Positions 28,917 to 39,051 of a DNA stretch of 64,000 nucleotides are shown piece after piece (the stretch's first letter is position 1; each line of letters starts with the position of its first letter). The notes below the pieces were generated by a model. It worked only from the letters and a program-made list of their open reading frames with translations. It was not told where the DNA came from and did no database searches. A program made the translations under genes and the position numbers. The stretch is taken from NCBI GenBank assembly GCA_034521595.1, contig JAXHMG010000003.1:2400001-2464000 (forward strand). Direction: 5' to 3'. Source of the DNA: Gemmatimonadota bacterium. GTDB lineage: Bacteria > Gemmatimonadota > Gemmatimonadetes > Longimicrobiales > Gaopeijiaceae.

Positions 28917-30460
28917 CCCGCCGCCCGTTGTTCGGCCAGCAAGCTCGTGCCCGTCATCTCCTCGGGTTGCTCCAGCGCCATCAGGGACAGCACGGTGGGT
29001 GCCACGTCGGCGAGCCGGCCACCCTCTCGAAGCGAGGCCGCCTCGCCCCGCGGATCGTACACCAGGAAGTCGACCGGCTCCTTCGTGTGGGCGGTGAACG
29101 GCGAACCGTCCGGCCCGAGCATCTTCTCCGCGTTGCCGTGATCAGCGGTAACGAGCGCGACCCATTCCGGGTGCGCGTCGAGCAGGTCGAGCAGTCGTCC
29201 CAGGCAACCGTCCACCGCCTCCACAGCGGCGACGGCCGCCGGAATCGATCCCGTGTGTCCCACCATATCCGGGTTGGCGAAGTTGACCAGAATGAAGTCG
29301 TAGGTACCGCCCCGGATGCCGTCGGACACGGCCCCTTCGACTTCCGTGGCGCTCATCTCCGGCTGGAGGTCGTAGGTCGACACCTGCGGGGAGGGGACCA
29401 CCGTGCGGTCCTCGCCCGGGCAGGCCGTCTCCTCGCCCCCGTTGAAGAAGTACGTCACGTGGGCATACTTCTCCGTCTCCGCCACTTTGAGCTGCGTCTT
29501 TCCCCGTTCCGCTAGATACTCCGACAACCCGCGCTTCACGTTCTCGGGTGGAAAGGCCACGGCCACCGGCAGGTCAGGCTCGTACTCGGTCATCGTCACG
29601 ACTCGGGAGGCGAGCGTTCCCTTCCGCTCGAAGCCGTCGAAGTCCGGACGGGAGAGCGCTTCCGTGAGCTGGCGCATCCGGTCCGCGCGAAAGTTCATCA
29701 GGAGCACCACATCCTCCTCACGGATGCCGCGCTCCCCCACGCCACGGATGCCGGTGGGCGGGACGAACTCGTCGGTCACGCCCTCCTCGTAGCTCCGCGC
29801 GAGGAACCCCGGGTCGTCCGCCCATGCCTCCGCTTCACCCCGGGCGATCAGGTCATAGGCACGCCTGGTCCGGTCCCAACGCCGGTCGCGGTCCATCGCC
29901 CAGTACCGACCCGTCACCGAGGCGACGGCCCAGCGGTCGCTCCGGGCACAGGACGCGTCGAGCTCGGCCACGTAGTCACGTCCCCCGGTGGGCGACGTGT
30001 CCCGGCCGTCCGTGATGCAGTGCACGCGCACGTCGAGATCCTCGGGAAGCAGGTCCAGCAGCGCCGTGAAATGTCGCGAATGCGCATGGACACCACCATC
30101 CGAAACGAGCCCCACCAGGTGGAGCATTCCCCCGCCGGTCCGCAGCCCTTCCACCAACGCGTCGAGCCCCAGATGCTCGGAGAATGTTCCGTCGTCGATG
30201 GCCAGGTCGATCCGAGCGATATCCTGATAGACGATCCTTCCCGCGCCGAGATTCAGGTGACCGACCTCCGAGTTGCCCATCTGCCCTACAGGAAGGCCGA
30301 CGGCCTCTCCCGAGCAGGCGATCCGCGTCCGAGGCGCGTCATCGAACAGACTCCGGAACCGTGGCACGTCCGCGAGCTCGATGGCGTTGCCCGGATCGGG
30401 CTCGCCACCGAAGTCGGAGTGGCCCCAACCATCGAGAATGACCAGCAGCACCTTGCGCAT
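28913..30460 (-). CDS. gpmI: 2,3-bisphosphoglycerate-independent phosphoglycerate mutase
   Basis: VILDGWG, GQMGNSEVGH, ETEKYAHVT, NPDMVGHTG, TADHGN; true start at MRKVLL. Confidence 0.97.
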   Translation of the reverse strand: MRKVLLVILDGWGHSDFGGEPDPGNAIELADVPRFRSLFDDAPRTRIACSGEAVGLPVGQMGNSEVGHLNLGAGRIVYQDIARIDLAIDDGTFSEHLGLDALVEGLRTGGGMLHLVGLVSDGGVHAHSRHFTALLDLLPEDLDVRVHCITDGRDTSPTGGRDYVAELDASCARSDRWAVASVTGRYWAMDRDRRWDRTRRAYDLIARGEAEAWADDPGFLARSYEEGVTDEFVPPTGIRGVGERGIREEDVVLLMNFRADRMRQLTEALSRPDFDGFERKGTLASRVVTMTEYEPDLPVAVAFPPENVKRGLSEYLAERGKTQLKVAETEKYAHVTYFFNGGEETACPGEDRTVVPSPQVSTYDLQPEMSATEVEGAVSDGIRGGTYDFILVNFANPDMVGHTGSIPAAVAAVEAVDGCLGRLLDLLDAHPEWVALVTADHGNAEKMLGPDGSPFTAHTKEPVDFLVYDPRGEAASLREGGRLADVAPTVLSLMALEQPEEMTGTSLLAEQRAAG

Positions 30461-30670
30461 GACCAGATCGACCCCTTGAGTAGCGATGGGAGGCGACCCG
30501 AAGCGCGCGCCTCCGATGCGTGAGCGTATCATGTCGCGTGGGAATCTCAAGGCCCGCGGACGGATCACGCGTGCACCCTCCTCGCGGATCGGCGAGGAGC
30601 TGCCTACCATTCCGGTGATCCTCCAAGGGTACGCTCGTACCGCCGTGACTCCTCGCCTCCGGAAACGGGG

Positions 30671-31786
30671 TTGGACAACGTGAAGAACGCAGTGGTGTTG
30701 GGACCGGTCGCGCTCGTCGTGGCGGCCGCCGCGTGTGGGCCGGGCAGCCCGACCTCCGAGGAGGCGCGCTTCCGGTCCGGCGGCGACCTCATCGCGGCCG
30801 GCGCACGGGTGGAGCTCTCCGATTCGGTGACCGGCGACGTCATGGGAGCGGGACGCATCGTCCGCTTCACGGGCACGGCCGACGGATCGTTCCTGGGCAT
30901 CGGATCGACCCAGAGGTTGGAGGGAACGGTGCGTGGGAGCTTTCGCGCGGTCGGTGGCGCCGTTCGGGTGAACGGTCGCTCCGACCGGAACACGACACTG
31001 CTCGGCGCCGACGTGAGACTCGAGGAAGGCGCGGACGTCGGGCTGAACGCGTATCTGGTCGGGGGACGCATACGTCAGCAGGGCACCGTCCGTGGGCACC
31101 TCCGGGTCGCGGGCACGGACGTGGTACTGGACGGGCCCGTGGCCGGCAACGTCGACGTGATCGCGAGAAGCTTCACCCTCGGACCGTCCGCACGCATCGA
31201 GGGTGACCTCACCTACCGGGCCCGCGAGGGGCAAACCGCGCTCGATCCCGCGGCGACGGTCGCCGGCGACGTGTCGGCCGTGACCGTCCCGGGGCCCTCC
31301 CTCGCCTTCACACTCCTGTTCGGCGGGGCCCGGGCAGCCGCGTTCCTCCTGGTCGGAGCGTTGGCGCTGCTGGTCGTGCCCGCGCTGGGCGGTACCGCGG
31401 CGCGGTTGAACGAGCGCCCGCTCGCCGCCCTCGGACTCGGGCTGTTGTGGCTCATCGCGATCCCGGTCTTCGCCGGCGCCGCGTTCGTCACGGTCGTCGG
31501 GATCCCCCTGGCCGTCATCACGGCGACGCTGTACGTCGTGGCGCTCTACCTGGCCCCCGTCGTTCCGAGCCGGTGGCTCGGCAGCGCGCTTCTCGACAGC
31601 CCCGGCTCCTCCCCCACGCCACCGGTCCGCGCGTTCCTGGTCGGGGGCGTTCCGGTGGCCGTGCTTCTACTCCTGCCGTGGGTCGGCGCGCCCGCGCGCA
31701 TCCTGGCCACCGCCGTGGGCTTCGGAGCAGTGGTGCTCGCGATCCGTGGTCGACTCGACCGCTCAGCCTCCGCTGACGGAGGGTAG
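30671..31786 (+). CDS. Bactofilin-like beta-helix protein with C-terminal multi-TM domain
   Basis: Lipobox AAAC; repeated V-x-G-D/N-x-x-x-x-G units; ATVAGDV then about 5 TM helices (TVVGIPLA). Confidence 0.75.
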   Translation: MDNVKNAVVLGPVALVVAAAACGPGSPTSEEARFRSGGDLIAAGARVELSDSVTGDVMGAGRIVRFTGTADGSFLGIGSTQRLEGTVRGSFRAVGGAVRVNGRSDRNTTLLGADVRLEEGADVGLNAYLVGGRIRQQGTVRGHLRVAGTDVVLDGPVAGNVDVIARSFTLGPSARIEGDLTYRAREGQTALDPAATVAGDVSAVTVPGPSLAFTLLFGGARAAAFLLVGALALLVVPALGGTAARLNERPLAALGLGLLWLIAIPVFAGAAFVTVVGIPLAVITATLYVVALYLAPVVPSRWLGSALLDSPGSSPTPPVRAFLVGGVPVAVLLLLPWVGAPARILATAVGFGAVVLAIRGRLDRSASADGG

Positions 31787-31806
31787 CACGACCAGCACCA
31801 CCCGGC

Positions 31807-32530
31807 TCACGCCAGCGTCTCCGCCTTGACACAGACGACGGGGGGCAAGCCGTCCCGCAGGAGTGTCCAGCTGTCGCCGTCGTCGGTCGACGCGTAGACC
31901 TTCCCGCTCCTCGTTCCGAAGTAGACGCCCGCCGGTTCGCGTCCGTCCGTGTCGAGCGCGCCACGAAGGACCGTCTCGTAGGCGTTCTCCTGCGGCAGGC
32001 CCCGCTCGAGAGGATGCCAGGACGCACCGGCATCACGGGTGCGGTAGACACGCATGCGCGCCTCCGGTGTGCAGCGGAAGCCATCCGACTCCAGCGGCAC
32101 GATGTAGACCGTGTCCGGGTCGTGCGGATGCGCGGCCATCGCGAAGCCGAAGTCCGAGGGAACACCGTTCGCGATATCGACCCACTCCTCTCCCAGTCGT
32201 CACTGCGGTAGAGGCCCCAGTGGTTCTGCAGGAAGAGTCGCTCCGGCCGGTCGGGATGGTGCACGACCTTGTGCACGCACTGCCCGAACTCCGGATGCGG
32301 ATCCGGACGGCCGGTGCTCGTGCTCGAGGAACCTACGCACCGGAGCCCACGTGTCGCCCCGAGATCGTCGGAGCGTCGCAGCGTCGTCCCGAAGAACGGG
32401 CTCCCGGGGGCCACCCAAAGCGCAGCGTGGCCACCGCGCTGGTCGACGGCGAGCGCGTAAGCCCCCTCACCGGGAAAGTGCGGGCCATCCACCACCCACG
32501 CCGGCCCGACCCGACCGGGCGGAAGAGCGG
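31807..32530 (-). pseudogene. Fragmented BNR/Asp-box beta-propeller (sialidase-like) gene
   Basis: Pieces in different frames: GPHFPG...RSDDLG; GDTWAPV...HEHRP; EFGQCVHK...QNHWGLYRSDD; PSDFGFAM...STDDGDSW. Confidence 0.8.
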
Positions 32531-32532
32531 AT

Positions 32533-32886
32533 TCAAAGGATGGCGCGCACCTCTTCGACGGGGCGCGCCAAGACCGCTCGATCGCCCCGCTCGACGATCG
32601 GACGTTGGAGGAGCTCCGGGTGATCGACGATCGCCTGCAGGATATCCGCGTCCGAGTGCGTCTCGTCACCCAGATCGAGCTCCTTGTATGCCTTTTCGCG
32701 CTTGCGGAGCACGTCGCGGGGGCGAAGCTCGGCCTTCGCGAGCAGTCGCTCCAAGGTCGACCGACTCAACGGATCGATCATGTAATTCACGCGCTCGAAG
32801 TCGATACCCTCCTCGCGCAGGAGGCTCACCAGCTTGCGGCACGTCGTGCAGGTGGGCTTTTCGTACACGGTGATGGTTTCGCTCAT
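32533..32886 (-). CDS. ArsC/Spx/MgsR family protein
   Basis: VYEKPTCTTCRK, LLQRPIV, ARPVE. Confidence 0.9.
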   Translation of the reverse strand: MSETITVYEKPTCTTCRKLVSLLREEGIDFERVNYMIDPLSRSTLERLLAKAELRPRDVLRKREKAYKELDLGDETHSDADILQAIVDHPELLQRPIVERGDRAVLARPVEEVRAIL

Positions 32887-32992
32887 GACTGATCCCCGTC
32901 CGTGAAACCGTGAGTGTCGGATCTCGATCCCGAACCGCTCCAACCCGATGTACTCGGCCTGGCGTTGATCGCACATTAAGGTAAGATCTCCC

Positions 32993-34483
32993 ATGCCGAA
33001 CGACGCCCTCCACGACCTCGAGCTCCTTCTCCGGTCCCGCCACGGGCTCATCTACCTCGACACCGCCGAGACGGTTCGAGCCGGCACCTTGCTCCAACAC
33101 GTCGCGGACCGACTCAGCCTTCCCTTCTTCCGGTGGACACGCTCCAACGGCATTCAACGGGAAGGGCGGTCCGAGGGCGTGTATGACACCAGGGATCCGG
33201 CAAAAGCTCTCCGGCACGTCTCGGCCGCGGGGCTCGAAGCCGTCTACCACTTCGAGGCGCTGGCTCCGAACCTCGACGGCCAGGCCCTTCTCGTCGCGCT
33301 GGCCCGGGACGCCGCCCGCAGCCTCGAAAGGCTCGACGGCGGCATCGTCCTGACCGGAGACGGCCTGGTGCTTCCCCCTCCTCTCCGCGAAGTGGCGGCT
33401 CACGTGACGCTACCGGGCCCTTCCGACGAAGAGCTCGCGGCTCTGCTTGCCGAGATCACCCGTGATCTGTCGCGCGTCCAACACGTGGAGGTCACCCTCT
33501 CGGCGGCGGAGCGCACAGCGTTGGTCCGGCACCTGTCCGGGCTCACGCTCATGGAGGCCGAAAAGGTCCTGACGAAGGCGATCGTGGAGGACGGCGCGCT
33601 CACGTCGGGCGACATCGGTCACGTCCTCGAAGCCAAGCGCCGCATCATCGAGCGGGAAGGCTTGCTGGAGTACTATCCGACCGAGCACGCTTGGGCCGAC
33701 ATCGCCGACCTCGCCGGACTCAAGTCCTGGCTTTCGAAGCGGGCCGCCGTCGTACGCGATCCGGATCGGGCGCGGGAGTTCGGACTGGCGTTTCCCAAAG
33801 GTATCCTCTTGCTCGGGGTGCCGGGGTGCGGCAAGAGCCTGTCGGCCAAGGCCGTCGCCAGCGAGTGGGGGCTCCCGCTCCTCAAGCTCGACCCTTCCAA
33901 TCTGTACAACAAGTACATCGGCGAGAGCGAACGGAACTTCAAGCGCGCCGTGCAAGCAGCCGAGCGGATGGCACCCGTGGTGCTTTGGATCGACGAGCTC
34001 GAGAAGGCCTTCGCATCGGGGGGAAGCGAAGACGGAGGCGTCGCGCAACGGGTCCTCGGCAGCTTCCTCTCCTGGATGCAGGACCGCTCCGGCAACGTAT
34101 TCGTGGTGGCCACCGCCAACGATATCGGCCGCGTGCCGCCGGAGCTCCTACGCAAGGGGCGGTTCGACGAAATCTTCTTCGTGGACCTCCCCGGAGCGCC
34201 CGTGCGTCAGGAGATCTTCCGTGTCCACCTCGAGCAGCGCGACCGGAACCCGGACGCGATCGATCTCGAGGCTCTGGCCGCGCGCACCGAGGGGTTCAGC
34301 GGCTCCGAGATCGAGGAGGTGGTCGTCTCGGGACTCTACACGGCTTTCGCCGAAGGGACCGTGCTCGACACAGCCACGCTCGCGCGTGAAGCGGCCGCCA
34401 CACGTCCCCTCGCCGTCACGATGCGGGAACGGATCGATCGCTTGAGGACCTGGGCGGAGGACCGGGCCGCACGGGCGAACTGA
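32993..34483 (+). CDS. AAA+ ATPase, Ycf46-like
   Basis: Walker A GVPGCGKS, Walker [27 protein letters not shown]; degenerate N-terminal AAA module. Confidence 0.9.
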   Translation: MPNDALHDLELLLRSRHGLIYLDTAETVRAGTLLQHVADRLSLPFFRWTRSNGIQREGRSEGVYDTRDPAKALRHVSAAGLEAVYHFEALAPNLDGQALLVALARDAARSLERLDGGIVLTGDGLVLPPPLREVAAHVTLPGPSDEELAALLAEITRDLSRVQHVEVTLSAAERTALVRHLSGLTLMEAEKVLTKAIVEDGALTSGDIGHVLEAKRRIIEREGLLEYYPTEHAWADIADLAGLKSWLSKRAAVVRDPDRAREFGLAFPKGILLLGVPGCGKSLSAKAVASEWGLPLLKLDPSNLYNKYIGESERNFKRAVQAAERMAPVVLWIDELEKAFASGGSEDGGVAQRVLGSFLSWMQDRSGNVFVVATANDIGRVPPELLRKGRFDEIFFVDLPGAPVRQEIFRVHLEQRDRNPDAIDLEALAARTEGFSGSEIEEVVVSGLYTAFAEGTVLDTATLAREAAATRPLAVTMRERIDRLRTWAEDRAARAN

Positions 34484-34546
34484 ACACGACCGCCCCGGAG
34501 AGCCCACCCCGGCGTGCCGCCACCGCCGCGGCACGCCGGGCGGGAT

Positions 34547-35827
34547 TCAACGGGCGCCGGAGGCCTCTCCCGCGTCCCCTTCCGATTGGTCGCCGCCCGC
34601 GACCGCGGTGGGTTCCGTGATACGGATGACGCCCGCTCCGGCTATCGCTCCGGACGGGTCGCGCCCCCAGCAGTGCACGACACCGTCCCCGGTCAGGCCG
34701 CAGGTCCGGTACGCGCCGGCGGTCAGGTCCGCGAAGGCGTGCTCGCCCGTGACCGGTGTGGGCTCCATGCGGGCGTCCGTGCTGCCGTCGCCGAGCTCGC
34801 CGAAGCCGTTGAAGCCCCAGCAGTACGCGGTATCGTCGGTGGACAGCCCGCATGTGTGCAAGGACCCGACCGCGAGTGACTCGAACCGGACATCTCCGGC
34901 CACCGGTGCGGGCTCCGAGCGCGGCTCGTCCGTCCCATCGCCCAGGGCACCGTGTCCGTTGGAGCCCCAGCAGTGGACGACACCATTCGCGGTCAAGCCG
35001 CAGGTTCGGTTGAGACCGGTGTCGATCTCGTCGAACCTCACATCACCCTGGACCGCGACGGGCTCCGACGAAGGCCCGGACTCCTCGGTGCCGAGCTCAC
35101 CGAAGTCGTTGCTTCCCCAGCAGTAGGCGCGTCCCTCACCGTCCAGGGCGCACGTATGGTCGCCACCGGCGGAGATGGTGGTGAAGCTGTGTCCACCTGC
35201 GACCGCCGCGGGCTCCAGGCGCGCCTCCGTGGTGCCGTCACCCAGCTCTCCGGAGTGGTTCCTGCCCCAGCAGTAGGCGTCTCCGCCTTCGGTGAGCACG
35301 CAGGCGTGCTGATTCCCCACCGCCACGGACGCGTAGGACCTCTCGCTCGCCACCGGAGTGGGCTCGAGACTCGGCTCACCCGCGGGCTGGCCCGGTGCCC
35401 GGGCGATCTCCATGCCCCAGCACCGGAGCTCGCCGCCTTCGAGCGCGCACGTCCGCTTGTGACCCGCGGCGAGGGCCGAATAGGTCCCCCCACCGGCGAC
35501 CTCGACCGGCGCGGGCTGCAGCTCTCCCGTCCCGTCACCGACCTGCCCCTGGTCGTTCGCGCCCCAACACTGGACCGTGCCGGATTCGAGGAGACGGCAC
35601 ATGTGATCGAAACCACCGGTCATGCCCGAGCCCACGACATCCGCTGCGCGCGCAGTGACGTGATCGACGGGATCGACCGCTCCCACGACCTCCACGGCAT
35701 CCGAGCTGGTCGCGGCTCCGGGGTCCGGAGGTGGAGACCCCGCGAGGACGAGAGTCAAGGGGATCAAGGGTAGCCAAGATATCCATTCCGCGCGCATGTG
35801 CCGCTCCGAGGTTGAATGACTCGACAT
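34547..35827 (-). CDS. Secreted RCC1/BLIP-II-like repeat protein
   Basis: About 7 repeats of H-T-C-x-L...CWG-x-N-x-x-G-x-LGDG; signal peptide (alternative start 35797). Confidence 0.9.
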   Translation of the reverse strand: MSSHSTSERHMRAEWISWLPLIPLTLVLAGSPPPDPGAATSSDAVEVVGAVDPVDHVTARAADVVGSGMTGGFDHMCRLLESGTVQCWGANDQGQVGDGTGELQPAPVEVAGGGTYSALAAGHKRTCALEGGELRCWGMEIARAPGQPAGEPSLEPTPVASERSYASVAVGNQHACVLTEGGDAYCWGRNHSGELGDGTTEARLEPAAVAGGHSFTTISAGGDHTCALDGEGRAYCWGSNDFGELGTEESGPSSEPVAVQGDVRFDEIDTGLNRTCGLTANGVVHCWGSNGHGALGDGTDEPRSEPAPVAGDVRFESLAVGSLHTCGLSTDDTAYCWGFNGFGELGDGSTDARMEPTPVTGEHAFADLTAGAYRTCGLTGDGVVHCWGRDPSGAIAGAGVIRITEPTAVAGGDQSEGDAGEASGAR

Positions 35828-35907
35828 CGAATCGGTCTTGCCACCGGTCGCCGGAGGGAGCCCTCCGGGCCGGGTCCGAATCGAATCTTTCCAGTCGAAT
35901 TATAGTG

Positions 35908-37098
35908 TCAAGGCCTACCCGGTCGATCCCAGGCCCTGCGACGCATCACGAGTCGCGGTCCGTCCTCCTCGACCTTCCGGAAACCGAGTAAGTGAAAAAA
36001 CTGTTTAGCGTAGAAGCGCGCGACCCGGCGGTCGACGGCAACGGCATGCGGATCGTTCGGTACGCCGTGCACCCCCGGCAGGAGACGTGCGATGCGGTCG
36101 GCTCGTGCTCTCCGGAGGCCGGTCGAGACCGCCATCCGGAAAGGGTTGAAGTCCCGTACCAGGAAGAAACCGTCCTCCCCCTGATGTTGGTAGAGAGGCA
36201 GCAGCAGGCGTCCGTTCATGCCGGCATGCACCTCCCCCGTACGATCTCGAGCGATGAGGTCTCCACGCGCCACCGGATCGAAGTTTCGATACCCGGGCTC
36301 CATCTCGAAGCCGTCCCCGGTACGCACCGGGTGCCGGTGCCGCATCTCGAGCGCCCGAGGCAAATGGGCCGAAGCCTCCGCGAGGACCCGCTCACCGTGC
36401 TCGGCCGCGTCCCCGGCCTCCCGAGCCAGGACGCCGAGATTGCTCAGGGCGACCCAGATCGCGGCCTCCGCACGCTCCACGGCTTCCGGAGCATCGTGCC
36501 GGCCCGTCTCCAGCGTCACGGCGATCAAGCCACGCTCGCTGAAGAACTGCGCGAGCGTCCCGTCGACGAGCTCCTCGAGGCCGAGGACCATCGGGACAGG
36601 GAAGCCCGCCGCGAAGAATCGCTGCGGCAAGGTGTCCCCGAACGCGGAGAAGAGGCCGCCGGGGCCCGAGGTCGTGTGAAGGTCGAGAAGATGCACGGGC
36701 CCTCGCGCCTCCGCCACCGCACGGTCGATCTCCGCTAGCAACTCGGCTTGCTCACGCGCTTCGGCCTCTCCACCACCGCTTCCGCGGGAGCGCACTCCGC
36801 TGACCTGGTCGTCGGTCCAGGCCCGATTCAGGTCGTGCTCCACGAACCGCACTCCCCGTTCCAACGCGATCCGGTTCCCGACGAGGCCCAGGAACGCCCC
36901 ACCGCTCAAGACTCCGGCCCGGTCCAGCCGACGCCCGACGCGATGGATCGCGTGCACTCCTGCCGGCTCGTTTCCATGGACGCCTCCGACGCAAACGAGC
37001 GTGGGACCGGGCGCATCTCCCCGAGCGGTGGCCAGCACACGCTCCACGGGCTCGCTGTCTCGCGCCGGTTCGTGTCGTTCCGCGGTCACTACCATCAT
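35908..37098 (-). CDS. Succinylglutamate desuccinylase/aspartoacylase (M14-like Zn hydrolase)
   Basis: GGVHGNEPAG, DLNR, DLHT, LETG; ATGA overlap with the upstream ligase gene. Confidence 0.88.
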   Translation of the reverse strand: MMVVTAERHEPARDSEPVERVLATARGDAPGPTLVCVGGVHGNEPAGVHAIHRVGRRLDRAGVLSGGAFLGLVGNRIALERGVRFVEHDLNRAWTDDQVSGVRSRGSGGGEAEAREQAELLAEIDRAVAEARGPVHLLDLHTTSGPGGLFSAFGDTLPQRFFAAGFPVPMVLGLEELVDGTLAQFFSERGLIAVTLETGRHDAPEAVERAEAAIWVALSNLGVLAREAGDAAEHGERVLAEASAHLPRALEMRHRHPVRTGDGFEMEPGYRNFDPVARGDLIARDRTGEVHAGMNGRLLLPLYQHQGEDGFFLVRDFNPFRMAVSTGLRRARADRIARLLPGVHGVPNDPHAVAVDRRVARFYAKQFFHLLGFRKVEEDGPRLVMRRRAWDRPGRP

Positions 37099-39011
37099 TC
37101 GCCTCTCAGGCGCTCATCGAGAAGGTCGTAGGCGATCGGGAGAAAGTCCCGCTCGCTCACGATGCCGACCAGCTTCCCGTCCGATACGACGGGAAGGGTT
37201 GATACCCGGTGCTGACGCATGAGGTCGATGGCGTCCATCGTGCGGGTTTCGGGCCCGACCGAGACCGGGTCCCGCTCCATGATCTCCTTGGCGGCCGGGA
37301 TCGGTTGGGTGGAGCGGTCGAATCCCTCCGCTGTGAGGCGCAACACGGACCGATACGAAACGATTCCTACGAGCGAATGGCCGTCGTCCTCGACGAGGAC
37401 GTGCCGGATCTGATTGCGGTCCATGAGGAACGCCACCATGTCCACGAGCTCGTCCTCGTGCACCGTGAACAGCGACGTGGTCATGAACTGCTCGACGCGC
37501 AGGTAGCTCAAGCGGCCTTCCCCTCCTTCCTCGAGGTGCGCGAGACTCCATAGGTGCACCGGATCGCCACTCTTCTGACGCACGACCATCCCCGCCGTGA
37601 GCGCGGTCAGCCATTCGGCTCTCGTGCTCTGCTGGTCCATCTCCTGCATCGAGTTCAGCATCCAGCGCGCTCCGGTCAGGCGCGCCTCGACTCGGTCTCG
37701 CACCACCCCGAGGTACCGGTCGATTTCCGACCGCGACACCCCGGCCCCTTCGAGTCCGCTCCGCGCCAGAGGCAACATCTCTTCGAGAATGAGCTCCTGG
37801 GCTCCGATCACCCGCCCGTCCAGCCACCGGAACCCGGCCTTGAGCCCGTGGCGAGCCGCGGCGAGAAAGTTCGCCTTCGCGTCTTCGAACGGGATGCGGT
37901 CCGCGATATCGCCGTACTTCGCCCTCGCCCCCAAGACCGCTCCGATCCAGAACGCCGCGTTCGCGACCTCGTCCCGGATCGTGGGGCCCGAGGGAAGCAC
38001 TCGGCATTCGATGCGCACGTGCGGCTTCCCGTCCGTCACACCATAGCACGGACGGTTCCAGCGATATACGGTGCTGTTGTTGAGCTGCAGCGCCTGCAGG
38101 GCCGGAGCACCGCCGGCGTCGAGCACCTCGAACGGGTCCTCGTCGACCTCGCGAGTCAGGAGCACGCGGAACCGCGCGATATCCTCCTGAAAGAGCTCGA
38201 CGATCGAGTCTCGGATCCAGGATTCCCCGAATCGGACACGCGGAGCCAGGTCCCGCATGTGCACCGAGCCGCTCCGGGTGTCGATCGACTGTTGGAAGAG
38301 CGCGATGCGCGTCTCGTGCCAGAGGTGCTTGCCGAACAGTAGGGGCGAGTTCACGGCCGCGGCCATCACGGGAGCGGTCACGAGTTGCGCGATGTTGTAA
38401 ACTGGCGCGAAGTCTTCGGGATCGACCTGAAGGTGGACCTGAAAGCTCGTGTTGCACGACTCGAGCATGACCGAATCGTGCTCCATGTTGAGCTCGTCGG
38501 CACCTTCGATCCGGAGCTTGTAGGGCGCTCCGTTCCGCATGGCCGAAAGCGCTGCGTCGAGTGCCTTATAGCGGCTCATCGGCGTACGGTTCGCCAGGCT
38601 CACGTCCGATTTCGACAGCGTCGGCAAGATGCCGGTCAGCACGACCTCGGCCCCGACCTGACGCGCGGCTTCGCGGACTTCTCCCACCACGGCCTCGAGC
38701 CGTGCTTCCAGGTCACCGAGGCACCCCCCCTCGAGGAGGTGCGGCTCCACGTTGGCCTCGAGGTTGAACAGCGCCAGCTCCGTCCCAAAGGGCCCGTCCA
38801 ACCGCTCGAGAACCTCGAGCGCCGCGGGCGTCGGCCGCCAACCTTCGTTGACGAGGAACATCTCCTGCTCGACACCCGTGCGTCGAACCCCCGACTCGAT
38901 CAAACCGTCGCTCAGCATCCGCTCCAACGCGCGCAGGTCGCGCAGCAGCGCCTTGGAGAAAGCCCGCGTCTGTTCCGGTGTCGTCCGGGTTCCCGATACG
39001 TCCTGGCCCAT
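37095..39011 (-). CDS. Glutamate-cysteine ligase (GCS2)-family carboxylate-amine ligase with C-terminal CBS pair
   Basis: GVEQEMFLV, ELALFNLEAN, SFQVHLQV, NSPLLFG, RIECRVL; C-terminal CBS domains (LVGIVS twice); start MGQDV with GAGGG RBS. Confidence 0.85.
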   Translation of the reverse strand: MGQDVSGTRTTPEQTRAFSKALLRDLRALERMLSDGLIESGVRRTGVEQEMFLVNEGWRPTPAALEVLERLDGPFGTELALFNLEANVEPHLLEGGCLGDLEARLEAVVGEVREAARQVGAEVVLTGILPTLSKSDVSLANRTPMSRYKALDAALSAMRNGAPYKLRIEGADELNMEHDSVMLESCNTSFQVHLQVDPEDFAPVYNIAQLVTAPVMAAAVNSPLLFGKHLWHETRIALFQQSIDTRSGSVHMRDLAPRVRFGESWIRDSIVELFQEDIARFRVLLTREVDEDPFEVLDAGGAPALQALQLNNSTVYRWNRPCYGVTDGKPHVRIECRVLPSGPTIRDEVANAAFWIGAVLGARAKYGDIADRIPFEDAKANFLAAARHGLKAGFRWLDGRVIGAQELILEEMLPLARSGLEGAGVSRSEIDRYLGVVRDRVEARLTGARWMLNSMQEMDQQSTRAEWLTALTAGMVVRQKSGDPVHLWSLAHLEEGGEGRLSYLRVEQFMTTSLFTVHEDELVDMVAFLMDRNQIRHVLVEDDGHSLVGIVSYRSVLRLTAEGFDRSTQPIPAAKEIMERDPVSVGPETRTMDAIDLMRQHRVSTLPVVSDGKLVGIVSERDFLPIAYDLLDERLRGE

Positions 39012-39051
39012 TCCCTCTACTCGATGGAGTACGTGATGTCTCGAAGCGCGG

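Noticed and set aside
30461-31234. Apparent long N-terminal extension of gpmI (similarly 41410-42039, 47743-48129, 6104-6250)
   Set aside because: Extensions overlap real genes or low-complexity intergenic DNA; internal starts match the family N-termini.
34547-35600. Nucleotide repeats such as CCCCAGCAGT
   Set aside because: They encode the CWG motif of RCC1 protein repeats, not a DNA element.
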